NCBI RefSeq assembly: GCF_009914755.1
Contig: NC_060947.1
Source: the human T2T-CHM13v2.0 reference genome, Homo sapiens
Reading direction: 5' to 3' (one strand)
Length of the DNA: 64,000 nt
In this document: one piece after another, positions 12,840-25,390 of the stretch
Position numbering within the stretch: the first letter of the stretch is position 1
Layout: every line of letters starts with the position of its first letter
The notes under the pieces: generated by a model
What the model saw: only the letters and a program-made list of their open reading frames with translations
Databases searched by the model: none
Told to the model about the DNA's origin: nothing
Position numbers and translations under genes: made by a program

Positions 12840-15800
12840 CCAAAATGGCCAACTAGATGCAGATAGAAAGAGCTTCCCCCACTAAGAGACTAGACTATCA
12901 AAAAGACCAGCATACTCCAAGCAAATTTTCAGGAAGAAGGCATTGAGAGTGGGTAAAGGGAGGACATAGACTGAAGGGGGAGGAAGCTGGGAACCCTGCA
13001 CAGGGTTGGTGAGCACCCTTATATCCAAACAAACAATTGAACTAGCTCTCCAGCAATACTTTTTAACCAAGCTGATATGTCTAAAATATAAACATATAAT
13101 TCAGAATCTGGATAACAATGAAGATCATGAAGATTCAGGAAAAAATTGAAACTCAAGCCAAGGAAACTAAGAAATTTAGTAAAATGATACAAGAGCTCAA
13201 ACAGAAAATAACTATTATATGCAAAAACCAAACTGATTTTCTACAGCTGAAATTTTCACTACAACAATTTCATAATACAATTGGAAGTATTTACAGCAGA
13301 ATAGACCAAGCTGCAGGAAGAATCTCAGAGTTCAAAGACCAGTTCTTTGAATCTCAGTCAGACAAAAATAAAGAAGAAAAAAATACAAAAGAATTAACAA
13401 AACCTACAAGAAATATGGAATTATATAAAGAGACCACCACACCTATGACACATTGGTGTCTCTGAAAAACAAGGAGAGGGAACTAGAAACTTGGAAAATA
13501 TATTCAAGGGTATTGTCCACAAAAATTTCTCCAACCTCAGTAGAGAAAGCAATGTTCAAAGTAAGGAAATTCAGGGAACCCCTGTGAAACAGTATGCAAG
13601 GCAACCATCCCCAATGCAGTATATATATATATATATACACACATATATATATATATCACATATATACATATATAAGTTTATATATGGCATATATATATCA
13701 CATATATATACATATATAAGTATATATATGCCATATATATCACATATATACATATATAAGTATATATATGCCATATATATCACATATATACATATATAAG
13801 TATATATATGCCATATATATCACATATATACATATATAAGTATATATATGCCATATATATCACATATATACATATATAAGTATATATGGCATATATATGG
13901 CATATTATATATGGCATATTATATATGGCATATATATATGGCATATTATATATGGCATATATATATGGCATATTATATATGGCATATATATATGGCATAT
14001 TATATATGGCATATATATGGCATATTATATATGGCATATATATATGGCATATTATATATGGCATATATATATGGCATATTATATATGGCATATATATATG
14101 GCATATTATATATGGCATATATATATGGCATATTATATATGGCATATATATATGGCATATTATATATGGCATATATATATGGCATATTATATATGGCATA
14201 TATATATGGCATATTATATATGGCATATATATGGCATATTATATATGGCATATAATATATGGCATATTATATATGGCATATAATATATGGCATATAATAT
14301 ATGGCATATTATATATGGCATATATATGGCATATTATATATGGCATATAATATATGGCATATAATACATGGCATATCATATATGGCATATCATACATGGC
14401 ATATCATATATGGCATATCATATATGGCATATCATATATGGCATATCATATATGGCATATATACATGGCATATGTATATATATGGCATATATATATACAT
14501 ATATATATGGCAGCTAGAAATAAGGGGCAAGTTGCTTACAAAAAGAACCCAATCTGGCTAAGAGTAGACCTTTCAGCAAAAACCCTACAAACTACCAATG
14601 AGGTTTTCCACATAGTTAGAAAAATCACTTCTAAAATTCACATGGAACAAAAACAGAGCCCAAACAGCAAAGAAATCCTAAGCAAAATAACAAAGCCAGA
14701 GGCATCACAATAGCTGATGTCAAACTATACTACAAGGCTATAATAACCAAAAAGGTATGGTACTGGTACAAAAACAGACACATAGATAAATGGGACAGGT
14801 TAGAGAACCCAGAAATAAAGTCGTCCACCTAGAACCATTTGATCTTTGACAAACTCAACAATAGCAAGCAATGCGGAAAGAAATCCCTATTCAATAAATG
14901 CTACTAGGATAATTTACTAGCCATAGGCAGAAGATTAAAACTGAACCCCTTTATTTAAACAGATGTAAAAAGCAACTCAACATGGATTAAAGACTTAAAT
15001 GTAAAACCTAAAACTATAAAACCCTAGAGAAAAACCTAGGAAATACTATTCTGGATATTGGTCTGGCAAAGATTTCATGGTGAAGACTCCAAAAATAATT
15101 TCAACAAAAATAAAAATTGACAAACGGGACCAAATTAAACTAAGGAGCTTTGACATAGTGAAAGAAACTACCAACACAGTAAACAGACAACCTACAGAGT
15201 GGGAAAATACACTTGCAGACTATACATCCAACAGAAACCTAATATCCAGAATCTATAAGTAACTTTACAAAATCAAGAAAAAAAGAAAGAAAGAACTCCA
15301 CTAAAAATGGGCAAATGACATGAACAGACACTTCTCAGAAGACAAACACATGGCCAACAAGCATATGAAAAAATGCACAATATCACTAATCATTAGGGAA
15401 GCACAAATTAAAACCACAATGCAATACTATCTCACACCAGTCAGAATGGCTATTATAAAAAAGTCAAAAAATAACAGATGTTGGTGAGGTTGCAAAGAAA
15501 AGAGAATGCTTATACACTGCTGGTGGGAATGTAAATTAGTTCAGCCATTGCAGAAGGCAGTTTGGTGATTCCTCAAAGTATTTAAAACACAATTACCATT
15601 TGACCAAACAATCACATTACTAAGTATATACACAAAGGAATATAAATTTTTCTACCATAATGACATATGCACATGTAGGTTCATCACAGAACTATTCACA
15701 ATAGCAAAGACATGGAATCCACCCAGATGTCCATCAATGGTGCACTTGATAAAGAAAATGTGGTTCATATACACCATGGAATGCTTCACAGCCATAAAAA

Positions 15801-16150
15801 TAAGTAAAATTATGTCATTTGCAGCAACATGTATGCAGACAGAGGACATTATCTTACGCAAATTAATGCAGGAACAGAAACCAAATACCACATGATCTCA
15901 CTTATGAGTGGGAGCTAAACATTGAGTACACAGGGACATAAGGAAGGGAACAATAGACATTGGGGCCTACTTGAGGGTGGAAGGTGAGAGGAGATTGAGA
16001 ATTAAAACCCTACCTATGTGATGCTATGCTCATCACCTGGCTGGTGAAATGATCTGTACACCAAACCTCTGTGACATGCAACTTACCCTTGTAACAAACC
16101 TGCACATGTACCCCCTAAACCTAAAATAGTGTTTGGAAAGAAATAAAAGA
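12840..16150 (+). mobile_element. L1PA15/16-like element with 5' UTR start, ORF1, large internal deletions, ORF2 C-terminus and 3' UTR
   Basis: AAAATGGCCAACTAGATGCAG 5' start; ORF 13118-13465 is ORF1p coiled-coil-like (SRIDQAAGRISEFKD); ORF 15077-15262 is ORF2p-like; 3' UTR GTAACAAACCTGCACATGTACCCC. Confidence 0.9.
13620..14510. repeat. Complex AT-rich VNTR (40-bp, 27-bp and 14-bp units) inside L1 ORF1
   Basis: Four perfect copies of TATATATATGCCATATATATCACATATATACATATATAAG (13721-13880), then ATATATATATGGCATATTATATATGGC arrays and ATATCATATATGGC units. Confidence 0.97.
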
Positions 16151-16527
16151 CTTTTATACAATAACATGCCCATCTGCATTACTTAATTGTATCTGTATTG
16201 GAACAAAATTAAATTTGTAAATTACCTTAAGAACAATTGATATTGATAATATTGAGTTTTCCCATCTAATAACATGATTTGATTTTTCATGTGTTTATGT
16301 CTACATTCATATAACTTAGGAACTTTCTATGGTTTTTATTATATTCAAAACACATTTTTGTTAGATGTATTATTAGGTAGTTTATTTTGTTATAGTCTAT
16401 TAAAAAGTAAACAGAAGTATAAAAATAATAAAATAATTATTGATAACTATGGACATTTTTTAAATTCATTCAAGTAATTTGGAAGCCTTTGTTTTTTAGA
16501 CTTAGTTACTGAGATATTTTCCCCCCA

Positions 16528-18673
16528 GTTTTTATTTTGGTTTAAGGAGTACATGTGCCAGTTTGTTATACGGGTAAATTGCATGTCATGCTGGTTTGGC
16601 ATACAGATAATTTTGTAACACAGGTAATCAGCATACTACCCAGTAGAGAGTTTTTCAATTCTCACTATCCTCCTACCTTTCAACCTCAAATAAGCTCCAG
16701 TGTCTATTGTTTCTTACTTTGTGTCCATGGGTACCAATGTTTAGCTCCCACCTATAAGTAAGAACATGTAGTCTTTGGTTTTCTGTTCCTGCATTAATTG
16801 ACTTATGATTATGGCCTCCAGCTTCATTCATGTTGTGGCAAAGAATATGATCTAATTTTTAAAAATCTTTGTAGTATTCCATGATGTACATTACATGCAC
16901 CACATTTTCTTTATCCCATTCACTGTAGGTGGCCATCTAGGTTAATTCCATGTCTTTGCTATTGTGAATAGTGCAGCGATGAACTTACTCATGTGTGTGT
17001 CTTTATGGTAGAATAATATATATTCCTTTGAGTATATACCCATTAATTGAATTGCTAGGTCAAATGTTAGTTTTGTTTTAACTTCTTTGAGAAATCTCCA
17101 AAGTGTTTTCCACATTGGCTAAAGAAAAATTAAATTCCCACTAACTGTGTAGAAGCCTTCCCTTTTCTCCACAACCTCTCCAGCATCTGTTATTTATTTA
17201 TTTTTGACTTTTTAATGATAGCCATTCTGACTGGTGTTATTCTGATAGCCATTCTGATGGTATCTCTTCGTGGCATTGATTTGCATTTCCCTAATGATTT
17301 GTGATATTGAACATTTTTCCATATGCTTGATAGCCACGTGTGTATCTTCTTTTGAAAATTGTCTGTTCATGTCTTTGCCCATTTTTACATGGGATTATTT
17401 TTGCTTGTTGACTTGAGTTCCTTCTAGATTCTGGATATTAGACTTCTGCTGGATGCACAGTTTCCAAATATTTTCACCCATATTGTAGGTTGTCTGTTTA
17501 CTCTGATAGTTTCTTTTGTTTTGCAGAAGCTCTTTAGATCGATTAGGTCCGATTTGTCAATTTTTTGTTTTTGTTGAAATTACCTTTGGAGGCTGCATCA
17601 TGATTTCTGAGCAAGGGCCAATGTCTAAGAATGGCATTTCATAGGTCTTCCTCTATAGTTTTTATAGCTTTAGGTTTTACATTTAAGTCTTCAAGCTATC
17701 TTGAGTTGATTTTTGTATAGGGTATAAGGAAGGAGTCCCATTTCAACATTCTGCATATGGCAAGCCAGCTATCCCAGCACCATTCATTGAATGGGGATTC
17801 TTTCCCAATTGCTTGTTTTTGTCAGTTTTGTCGAAGATCAGATGTTTTTAGGTGTGTGGCTTTATTTGTGGCCTTTCATCCTTTCCTATTGATCTATGTG
17901 CCCATCTCTGTACCAGTACCATGCTATTTTAGTTATTTTACCCTGGCACTATAGTGTGAAGTTGGATGTTATGATGCTTCCAGCTTTTTTCTTTTTGCTT
18001 AGGATTGCTTTGGATGTTTGTTATATTTTTGTTCCACGTGAATTTTAAAAAAGATTTTTCTGATTATGTGAAGAATGGCATTAATAATTTGATAAGAGTA
18101 GCACTGAATCTGTAAATTGCTCGGGTCATTCTTGTGGCCATTTTAAAAATATTGATTCTTCCTATCCCTGAGCTTGGAGTGTTTTTCCATTTGTTTGTGT
18201 CATCTTTGATTTCTTTGAGCAGCATTTTGTAATTCTTGTTGAAAAGATCTTTAACTTCTCAGGTTAGTTGTTTTCCTAGGTATTTTTGTGTATATGTATG
18301 TGATTATTGGGAATGGAATTGTATTTTTGATTTGGCTCTCAGCTTGGACAGTATTGATGGATAGAAATACTACTGATGTTTGTACACTGATGTTGATTCT
18401 TGAAACATTGCTGAAGTCATTCATCAGATCTAGAAGCCTTTGTACAGAGACTAGAGGATTTTCTGGGTATAGAATTATAATGTCTTTGAAGAGAGTTTGA
18501 CTCCCTGTCTTTTTATTTGACTGTCTTTTGTTTCTTTGTCTTGCCCGATTGCTCTGGATAGGATTTCCAGTAATATGCTGAATAGGTGTGGTGAGAGTGG
18601 GCATCTTTGTTTTGTTCCAGTTTTCAAGGGAAATTCTTCCAGCTTTTGGTTATTAAGTATGATGTCAGCTGTG
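16528..18673 (-). mobile_element. L1PA15/16-like 3' UTR plus ORF2 C-terminal/RT portion
   Basis: Begins with a T-rich tail and GTACATGTGCCAGTTTGTTATACGGGTAAATTGC; ORF 18251-18604(-) IILYPENPLVSVQRLLDLMNDFSNVS is L1 RT-like. Confidence 0.93.
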
Positions 18674-19207
18674 CAGAAGCTATTTAGTTTAATTAGGTCC
18701 CATTTGTCAATTTTTCTTTCTGTTGCAATTGCTTTTGGCATCATTGTCATAAAATCTTTGTCAAGGCTTATGTCTAGAATGGATTTTCCTGGGTTTTCTT
18801 CAAAGGTTTTTATAATTTTAGGTTTTACATTTATGTCTTTAATAATCTTGAGTTGATTTTTGTATATGGTGTAAGAAAGTGGTTCACTTTCAATCATCTG
18901 CATATGACTAGCCAGCTATCCCAGCTCCATTTATTAAATAGGGAGGCCTTTTCCCACTGCCTTTTTTTGTTGACATTTTCAAAGAACAGATGGTTGTAGG
19001 CGTGTGGCTTTATTTCTGGGCTCTCTATTCTGTTCCATTGATCTATGTGTCTGTTTTTGTACCACTTCCACGCTATTTTGGTTACTGTAGCCTTGTAGTA
19101 TAGTTTGAAGTTCAGTAATGTAATGCTTCCAGCTTTAATGTTTTTTGTTTGTTTGTTTTGTTTTTCTTAGAATGTCTTTGGCTATTCCGGCTCTGTTTTG
19201 GTTCCAT

Positions 19208-19239
<32 letters not shown>

Positions 19240-19381
19240 CTGTGAAGAATGTCATTGGTACTCTGATAGAAATGGCATTGAATCTGTAAATTGCTTTGGG
19301 CAGTATGCCCATTTTTATGATATTGATTCATCCTATCCATGAGCATGGAATATTTTTCCATCTGTTTTTTGTCATTTCTGA

Positions 19382-19762
<381 letters not shown>

Positions 19763-19947
19763 ATTTTTTGAGCACTGTTTGGTAGTTCTCCTTGAAGAGG
19801 TCTTTCACGTCCCTGGTTAGCTTTATTCCTAGGTACTAATATTTTATTCTTTTTGCAGCTATTTTGTAAAGAATTGTGTTCTTGATTTGACACTCAGCTT
19901 GGATGTGGCTGGTGTATAAAATGGTACTTATTTTTGCAGATTGATTT

Positions 19948-20595
19948 TTAGGCAGGAGAATAGGGCTTGGAGGCAGGTAACCTAAGGCCAATTCGTGCTG
20001 AGTCACAGAAAAACATCAAGCTCTGTGGGCAAGGAATCTAAGGGCAATTCACTCTGACTTTTCAAAGCTGGATCAAAAGGAAAACACCTGGGTCTGGGGG
20101 CAGGGAACCTAAGGCCAATTAACACAAAATTCCTAAAGCTAAACCAAAAGGAAAAACCCCATCTCCCACAGGGAGTAACAAAGGAACAAAGGCTACTCTC
20201 CCAACAACCCTCCCTCCCCCTTCCACCATCTCAGTTGGAAAGGGAGAGTACCTTGGATTAGCCACAGGCCAAGCAGGGACCATCCCTTTATCTGCATTGG
20301 GCACCAATTCACAGCAGCCTTTAACCACAGACCAAATCCTTCATCCAGATAAGGGGTAGTCCAAGAACCTCAAACAGAGTTCTTAAAGCCCAGAAACTTT
20401 TGTAACTGGGCCATGGGGCCGCTTGCTGGGACCCACTCCCTCCCTGCAGAGTGCTTTCTCGCTTTAATAAATTCTTGCTTTCACTGCTTCGTTCTTGCAT
20501 TTCATTTCTCTGCTACTTTGTGCGTTTTGTTCAATTCTTTGTTTAAAACGCCAAGGACCTAGAGAGTGTGTAGTCAAGACCCACTACCGGTAATA
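19948..20595 (+). mobile_element. ERV1 (MER4-group; MER61/MER83/MER84-like) solo LTR inserted in L1
   Basis: TTAGGCAGGAGAATAGGGCTTGGAGGCAGG...AATAAA...ACCGGTAATA; 4-bp TSD ATTT at 19944 and 20596, and removing it restores L1 GATTGATTTTGTATC. Confidence 0.85.
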
Positions 20596-21859
20596 ATTTT
20601 GTATCATGAAACTTTTCTGAAGCTGGTTACCAGATCTAAGAACTTTGGGGCAGAGACTATGAGGTCTTCTAGGTATAAAATCATATCAACTACAAAGAGA
20701 GATGGTTTGAATTCCTCTCTTCCTATTTGGTTGCCTTTCATTTCTTTGCTTGATTGCTCTGGCTAGGACATTCAGTACGATGTTCACTAGAATTGTGGAG
20801 AGTGGGCACCCTTGTCTTGTTCCATTTCCCTAGGGGAATGTTTCCAGTTTTTGCCTGTTTCCTAAGATGTTGGCCATGTGTTTGTCATAGATGGCTCTTA
20901 TCATTTTGAAGTATGTTTCTTCAATGCCTAATTTGGTGAGAGTTTTAAACATGAAAGAATGCTGATTTTTGCTGAAAGCCTTTTCTGCATCTATTGAGAT
21001 GATCATTTTTTTAAAGTTCTGTTTATGTAATAGACCACATTTATTGATTTGCATGTGTTGAACCAACCTTGCCTCCCAAAGATAAAGTCGACTTGATCAT
21101 GGTGGATTAGCTTTTTGATGTGCTGCTGGATTCATTTTGCCAGTTTTTTTTCTTTCTTTCTTTCTTTTTTTTTTTTTTTTTTGAGCATTTTGGCAGTGTT
21201 TGTTGTTGTTGCTGTTGTCATTGTGTCTCTGCCAGGTTTGTTATCAGAATAATGCTGGCCGCATAGAAGAGTTAGGCAGGAATCCCTCCTCTTAAGTTTT
21301 TGGAACAGCTTCAGTTAGAATGGTACCAGCTCTTCTTTATACATCTTGTAGAATTCAGCTTTTAATTAATCTGGTTTTGGGCTTTTTCTGGTTGGTAGGC
21401 TTTTTATTACTGATTCAATTTTGGAACTCATTATTGGTCTGTTCAGCATTTGAATTTCTTCCTAGTTCAATTTTGAGAGGTTGTATGCTTCTCGGAATTT
21501 ATTCATTTTTTCTAGGTTTTCTAGTTTGTGTTCATAGAGGTGTTTGTAATAGTCACTGATGATTTTTGTATTTCTGTGAATGTTGTGATAATGTCCTCTG
21601 TCATTTTTGGTTGTATTTACTTGGATCTTGTCTTTTTTTTTCTTTTCTTTATTATTCTAGCTAGCAGTCCATCAATCTTATTTATTCTTTCAAAAAACAA
21701 ACCTAGTTTTATAAAAATTTTCTGTATTTTTTGTGTCAATTGTATTCAGGTCTAATTTTGCTTATTTCTTTTGTTTTCTGCTTGCTTCTGAGTTGGTTTA
21801 TGCTTACTTTTCTAGTTCTTCTACATTTGATGTTCAGTTGTTAATAGAGATCTTCATGA

Positions 21860-23240
21860 TAGTTATTTGAACATATTTATCATGGCTCCTTTAAGTCTTT
21901 TTCTGTTATATCTGATAGCTCCTCATTTTTACATACTTTTCCCATTGTTTCCTTTTTTCTGTGTATCATTCACACATTCCTATTTATTTGCATATCTTGT
22001 AGTTTTTTGATAACTGAACGTTATAGGTCATATATTGTGGCAATTTGGGGTACTAAGTTTTTTTTTTTTCCTGTCTCTGTTTCTGTTGTTGCTTACTTTG
22101 TTATTATTATTATTTTTAACCTGGCTAGGCCATTTTAGTGAAATTGATTGCTACAGCAGTTTGAAGCCTTTTGTGTTCCTCCTTTGAAGTCACCTACATG
22201 GCTGTGTATAATCACCCTGAGATTGTAGTGGCTTTGTCAGAGATCTCTTTGATTATCTCTTTTCATACTTTTTCTGTAAAACTCTCTGCATCATTTGGTA
22301 TTATTTCCCTCCAGTTCAGCTTCATTATCAGCTGATTTCTCTATTGTATTCAGCAATACCCTGAGTGAAGTATTGCTCAGCAATTTGATCCAGTTAAGTT
22401 GGGTCAGGAATAGTATTTAAGGCCAGTCTTTAAACTTTGTCATGACTTTAGGGTCGCTATTCTTAGCTACATTTTTTCATACATTCTGGTAAAGTATCTG
22501 GCCTATGTTTCAGATTGCTGATCTTGATTGAGAAGAGCCATTGCTACTGAGAGTGTCCTTAATTTAAAACTCCTACATGTTCTATAAAGTCATATTTTGT
22601 AAGGGGAGCTTCATAGCTCTCTTTCCTTATACTCTTCCCTTCTCTCTGGCTAACTATATGACTAACTACTCTGGGCACTAGGCAGGCCACTAGACTGTGC
22701 TCTCTTATGCTTGCCTCTCCTAACATGGAAACTGCCCAATAAATGAGCTAGGGCAAGAGCATTTGGGGGTCCCAGAATTCTCAGCTTACCACATTTGGGT
22801 TAGAGCTTCTATCCTCTATGTAGAGACTGGGTGTAGGTAAAAGGTCCCACTTCTTGGTCACACTCACTATTAATTTGGCCTCTTTAGCTAGGAGTTGGAG
22901 GAGATAAAACATGTTGATGACCTACCCCTCTAGGTGAGAGATAGAGTAAACCTTAATTTGGATTTGAGAGTAGAGAGTCTATCCTCTTGGCTATATCCAC
23001 CCGATATAAAATTTCTGTCAAGATGAGCCCAGGATAGGTGAAGGAGAAGGTCTCAGATACCATGGGGTCTCTGTGCTCTTACTAAGTTTTAGTAGATTTT
23101 TAAAATAATTTAGTTTTGTTAATTAGGACGATTTCTAGGGACATTAAGTGGTTGTGATTTTAAATGTTTTTATGCTAGTTAGGCATTTTTCACAAGGGAG
23201 TGTCTCTGTGAAACACTACATGTCATCATTCTGAAAGAAA
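21860..23240 (-). mobile_element. Old L1M 5' region (ORF1/5' UTR-like), highly diverged
   Basis: TTGAACATATTTATCATGGCTCCTTTAAGTCTTTTTCTGTTATATCTGA resembles antisense L1MC/MD 5' sequence. Confidence 0.55.
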
Positions 23241-23633
23241 AGCACTCTAGTTGGTTTGTTAAAATGAGCATGTATGCAAGGAAAAAAAAATTATCAGACA
23301 ATAAACATTATACATAGTTTTAATTGCATTGATGGGAGTGGGAGTTTTGCATTTTCACATCTCACATAATGGATGAACAGAGAACTTTAGTTCTTAGTAA
23401 GAAAACAAAAACATTGAACCATGGATAGAACAGTGGGGAGCTCTCTTTTGAACAACTTGTAGGTTGATGAGTAAATCAACACTAGCACTTATGTCTATCC
23501 AGAAAATAATCAGGAGATTATCACAGCTCATGAGATAAGCACAGTAGATACGTTATAGCTTTTAAACAAATTTCTTTCTAAACACAATAAAAGGAGAAAT
23601 TTAATTGTTTTGCTTAAGATAAAAACCTAAGTA

Positions 23634-23946
23634 GGCTGGGCGCGGTGGCTCATGCCTGTAATCCCAGCACTTTGGGAGGCTGAGGTGGGTGGATAAGGAG
23701 GTCAGGAGGTCGAGATCATCCTGGCCAACATGGTGAAACCCCATGGCTACTAAAAATACAAAAATTAGCCAGTGTGGTGGCGTGCACCCGTAGTCCCAGT
23801 TACTCAGGAGGGTGAGGTAGGAGAATCGCTTGAACCCAGGAGGTGGAGGTTACAGTGAGCTGAGACAGCACCACTGCAGCTTGGGCAACAGAGCAAGACT
23901 CGGTCTTCAAAAAAAAAAAAAAAAAGAAAGATAAAAGAAAGAAAAA
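23634..23946 (+). mobile_element. AluSc-like, full length
   Basis: GGCTGGGCGCGGTGGCTCATGCC...GAGATCATCCTGGCCAACATGG...polyA; TSD AAAA(A/C)CCTAAGTA at 23621 and 23947. Confidence 0.97.
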
Positions 23947-23959
23947 AAAACCCTAAGTA

Positions 23960-24800
23960 AAAGTGAAGAAATATGCATATTATATTAAAGTATTAGAAAA
24001 AGTAAACTAATAGGCAATAAATTATTCTAAGTGAGATCAATTGCAAAATAAAATTTATGAAGAGAAAAGCCCACAATTACAATGAAAAACAGAGTAACAG
24101 AAAAACACTCAACAAAGCAAATAAAAGTAAAATTAATTATTCTTTGAACTGACTTTATACAAATTTGAGTAAAATGATTAATTTATAAGAAAATTATAAT
24201 TACCAATAAATTGACTCAAGAAGCAGTAGAAAAGCTAATCAGATGAGTATTATATACAATATTGAGTACATTTTCAAAGGGTTATACTATGAATTTTTTC
24301 TGGCCCAGAAAATTTTGCAGGTAGTTTTTGCAGTATGTTTAAGAACAGATAATTTTGTTGCTATTTAGCTATTCCTAAGTATAGAGAACAAAGAAAAAAA
24401 TTATGCTTTTTTTTCAAGATTCAAGAATAAGTGAAATATGCTTAGCACACTGGTAGTGTGCTACTTTGTTTATTTTCATTATTACTAAATCATCATAACA
24501 TTGTAACCAATGTCTGACAAAGACAGATCTAGGAGAAAATAAGAATACCAATTCACCTCACTGATAGACACTGACACACACATTTTTGATAATATGTAAC
24601 TGCATTGCCTCCTGTAATACATGCATAAAAATTACATCATGATCAATTAAGATTAACCTGGGAATGCAGAGATCATACAGTCATAGTTTTATCTATTTTA
24701 GCTAATTCACCATTTTGATAAAAATGAAAAATGATCTTAATAAATGATAAAAGTAAATTTGATATAATTAACAACTAATTTTCTAATCACAACATTTAAG
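23960..24800 (+). mobile_element. Old L1ME ORF2 fragment
   Basis: AAATTGACTCAAGAAGCAGTAGAAAAGCTAATCAGA...GGCCCAGAAAATTTTGCAGGTAG resembles L1 ORF2. Confidence 0.65.
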
Positions 24801-25139
24801 TAAATAAGCCCCCCAAATTAATTTCTCTGTGCAAATATCAAAGACTAACTAAACTTACAAAATTTGCATTTGATTATATTTAGAAGGTATTATCCAACAA
24901 ACTAATGTACTTACTGCTTGGAAAAAGCAAGTCTCTGTGATTCTGGAATACCTGTCAGTCAGCTCTGAGATTACTTTCTTATGTTAAGAAATACTTGTCT
25001 ATCAACTGTGAGATTACTTTCCTTTGCTTCTTAATCCTATGTATTTTATTTTGGCATTTAAAATTAGTATTCTGTGAAGGGATCCATTTTTTTTTTTACT
25101 GACAAAGAGGTGCACAGAACAAAAAAAAATGAGTAAATA

Positions 25140-25390
25140 TAGCTCCTGTTTGGCAGCCTCCTTTGTATGGCTTTAGCTCTAACCATTGTTAGAGCTAATG
25201 GTCTCAATATCACCATTTCTTCCTTTTTGTCCCTTGAGAGCTAATGGTTACAAGGACTTCTTTCTGTTGCTAGTTACCAGATGCCTCAATCTGCCTCATT
25301 GGTTCTCTTAATCTTGCCATAATTTGCGGAATAGTCCTTTCCTTAAATATTCTTCAATTCCAGGCTTAGCAGGTCTTCTGTTTCCTTTGA
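25140..25390 (+). mobile_element. LTR33-like (ERVL) 3' fragment
   Basis: CTGTTGCTAGTTACCAGATGCCTC...TTGGTTCTCTTAATCTTGCC...AATAGTCCTTTCCTTAAA. Confidence 0.6.

Noticed and set aside
13620-14510. Repeat array as a possible CRISPR
   Set aside because: There are no unique spacers or cas genes, and the context is primate DNA; it is a minisatellite.
13443-14713. Many overlapping 65-154 aa ORFs with repeats such as MPYIICHIY and YGILYMAYI
   Set aside because: These are translations of the AT-rich VNTR, which lacks stops in several frames; there is no sign of a gene.
24443-24463. TAGCACAC-TGGTA-GTGTGCTA hairpin
   Set aside because: It is short and sits in what looks like a decayed MIR 3' fragment, so it is likely chance.
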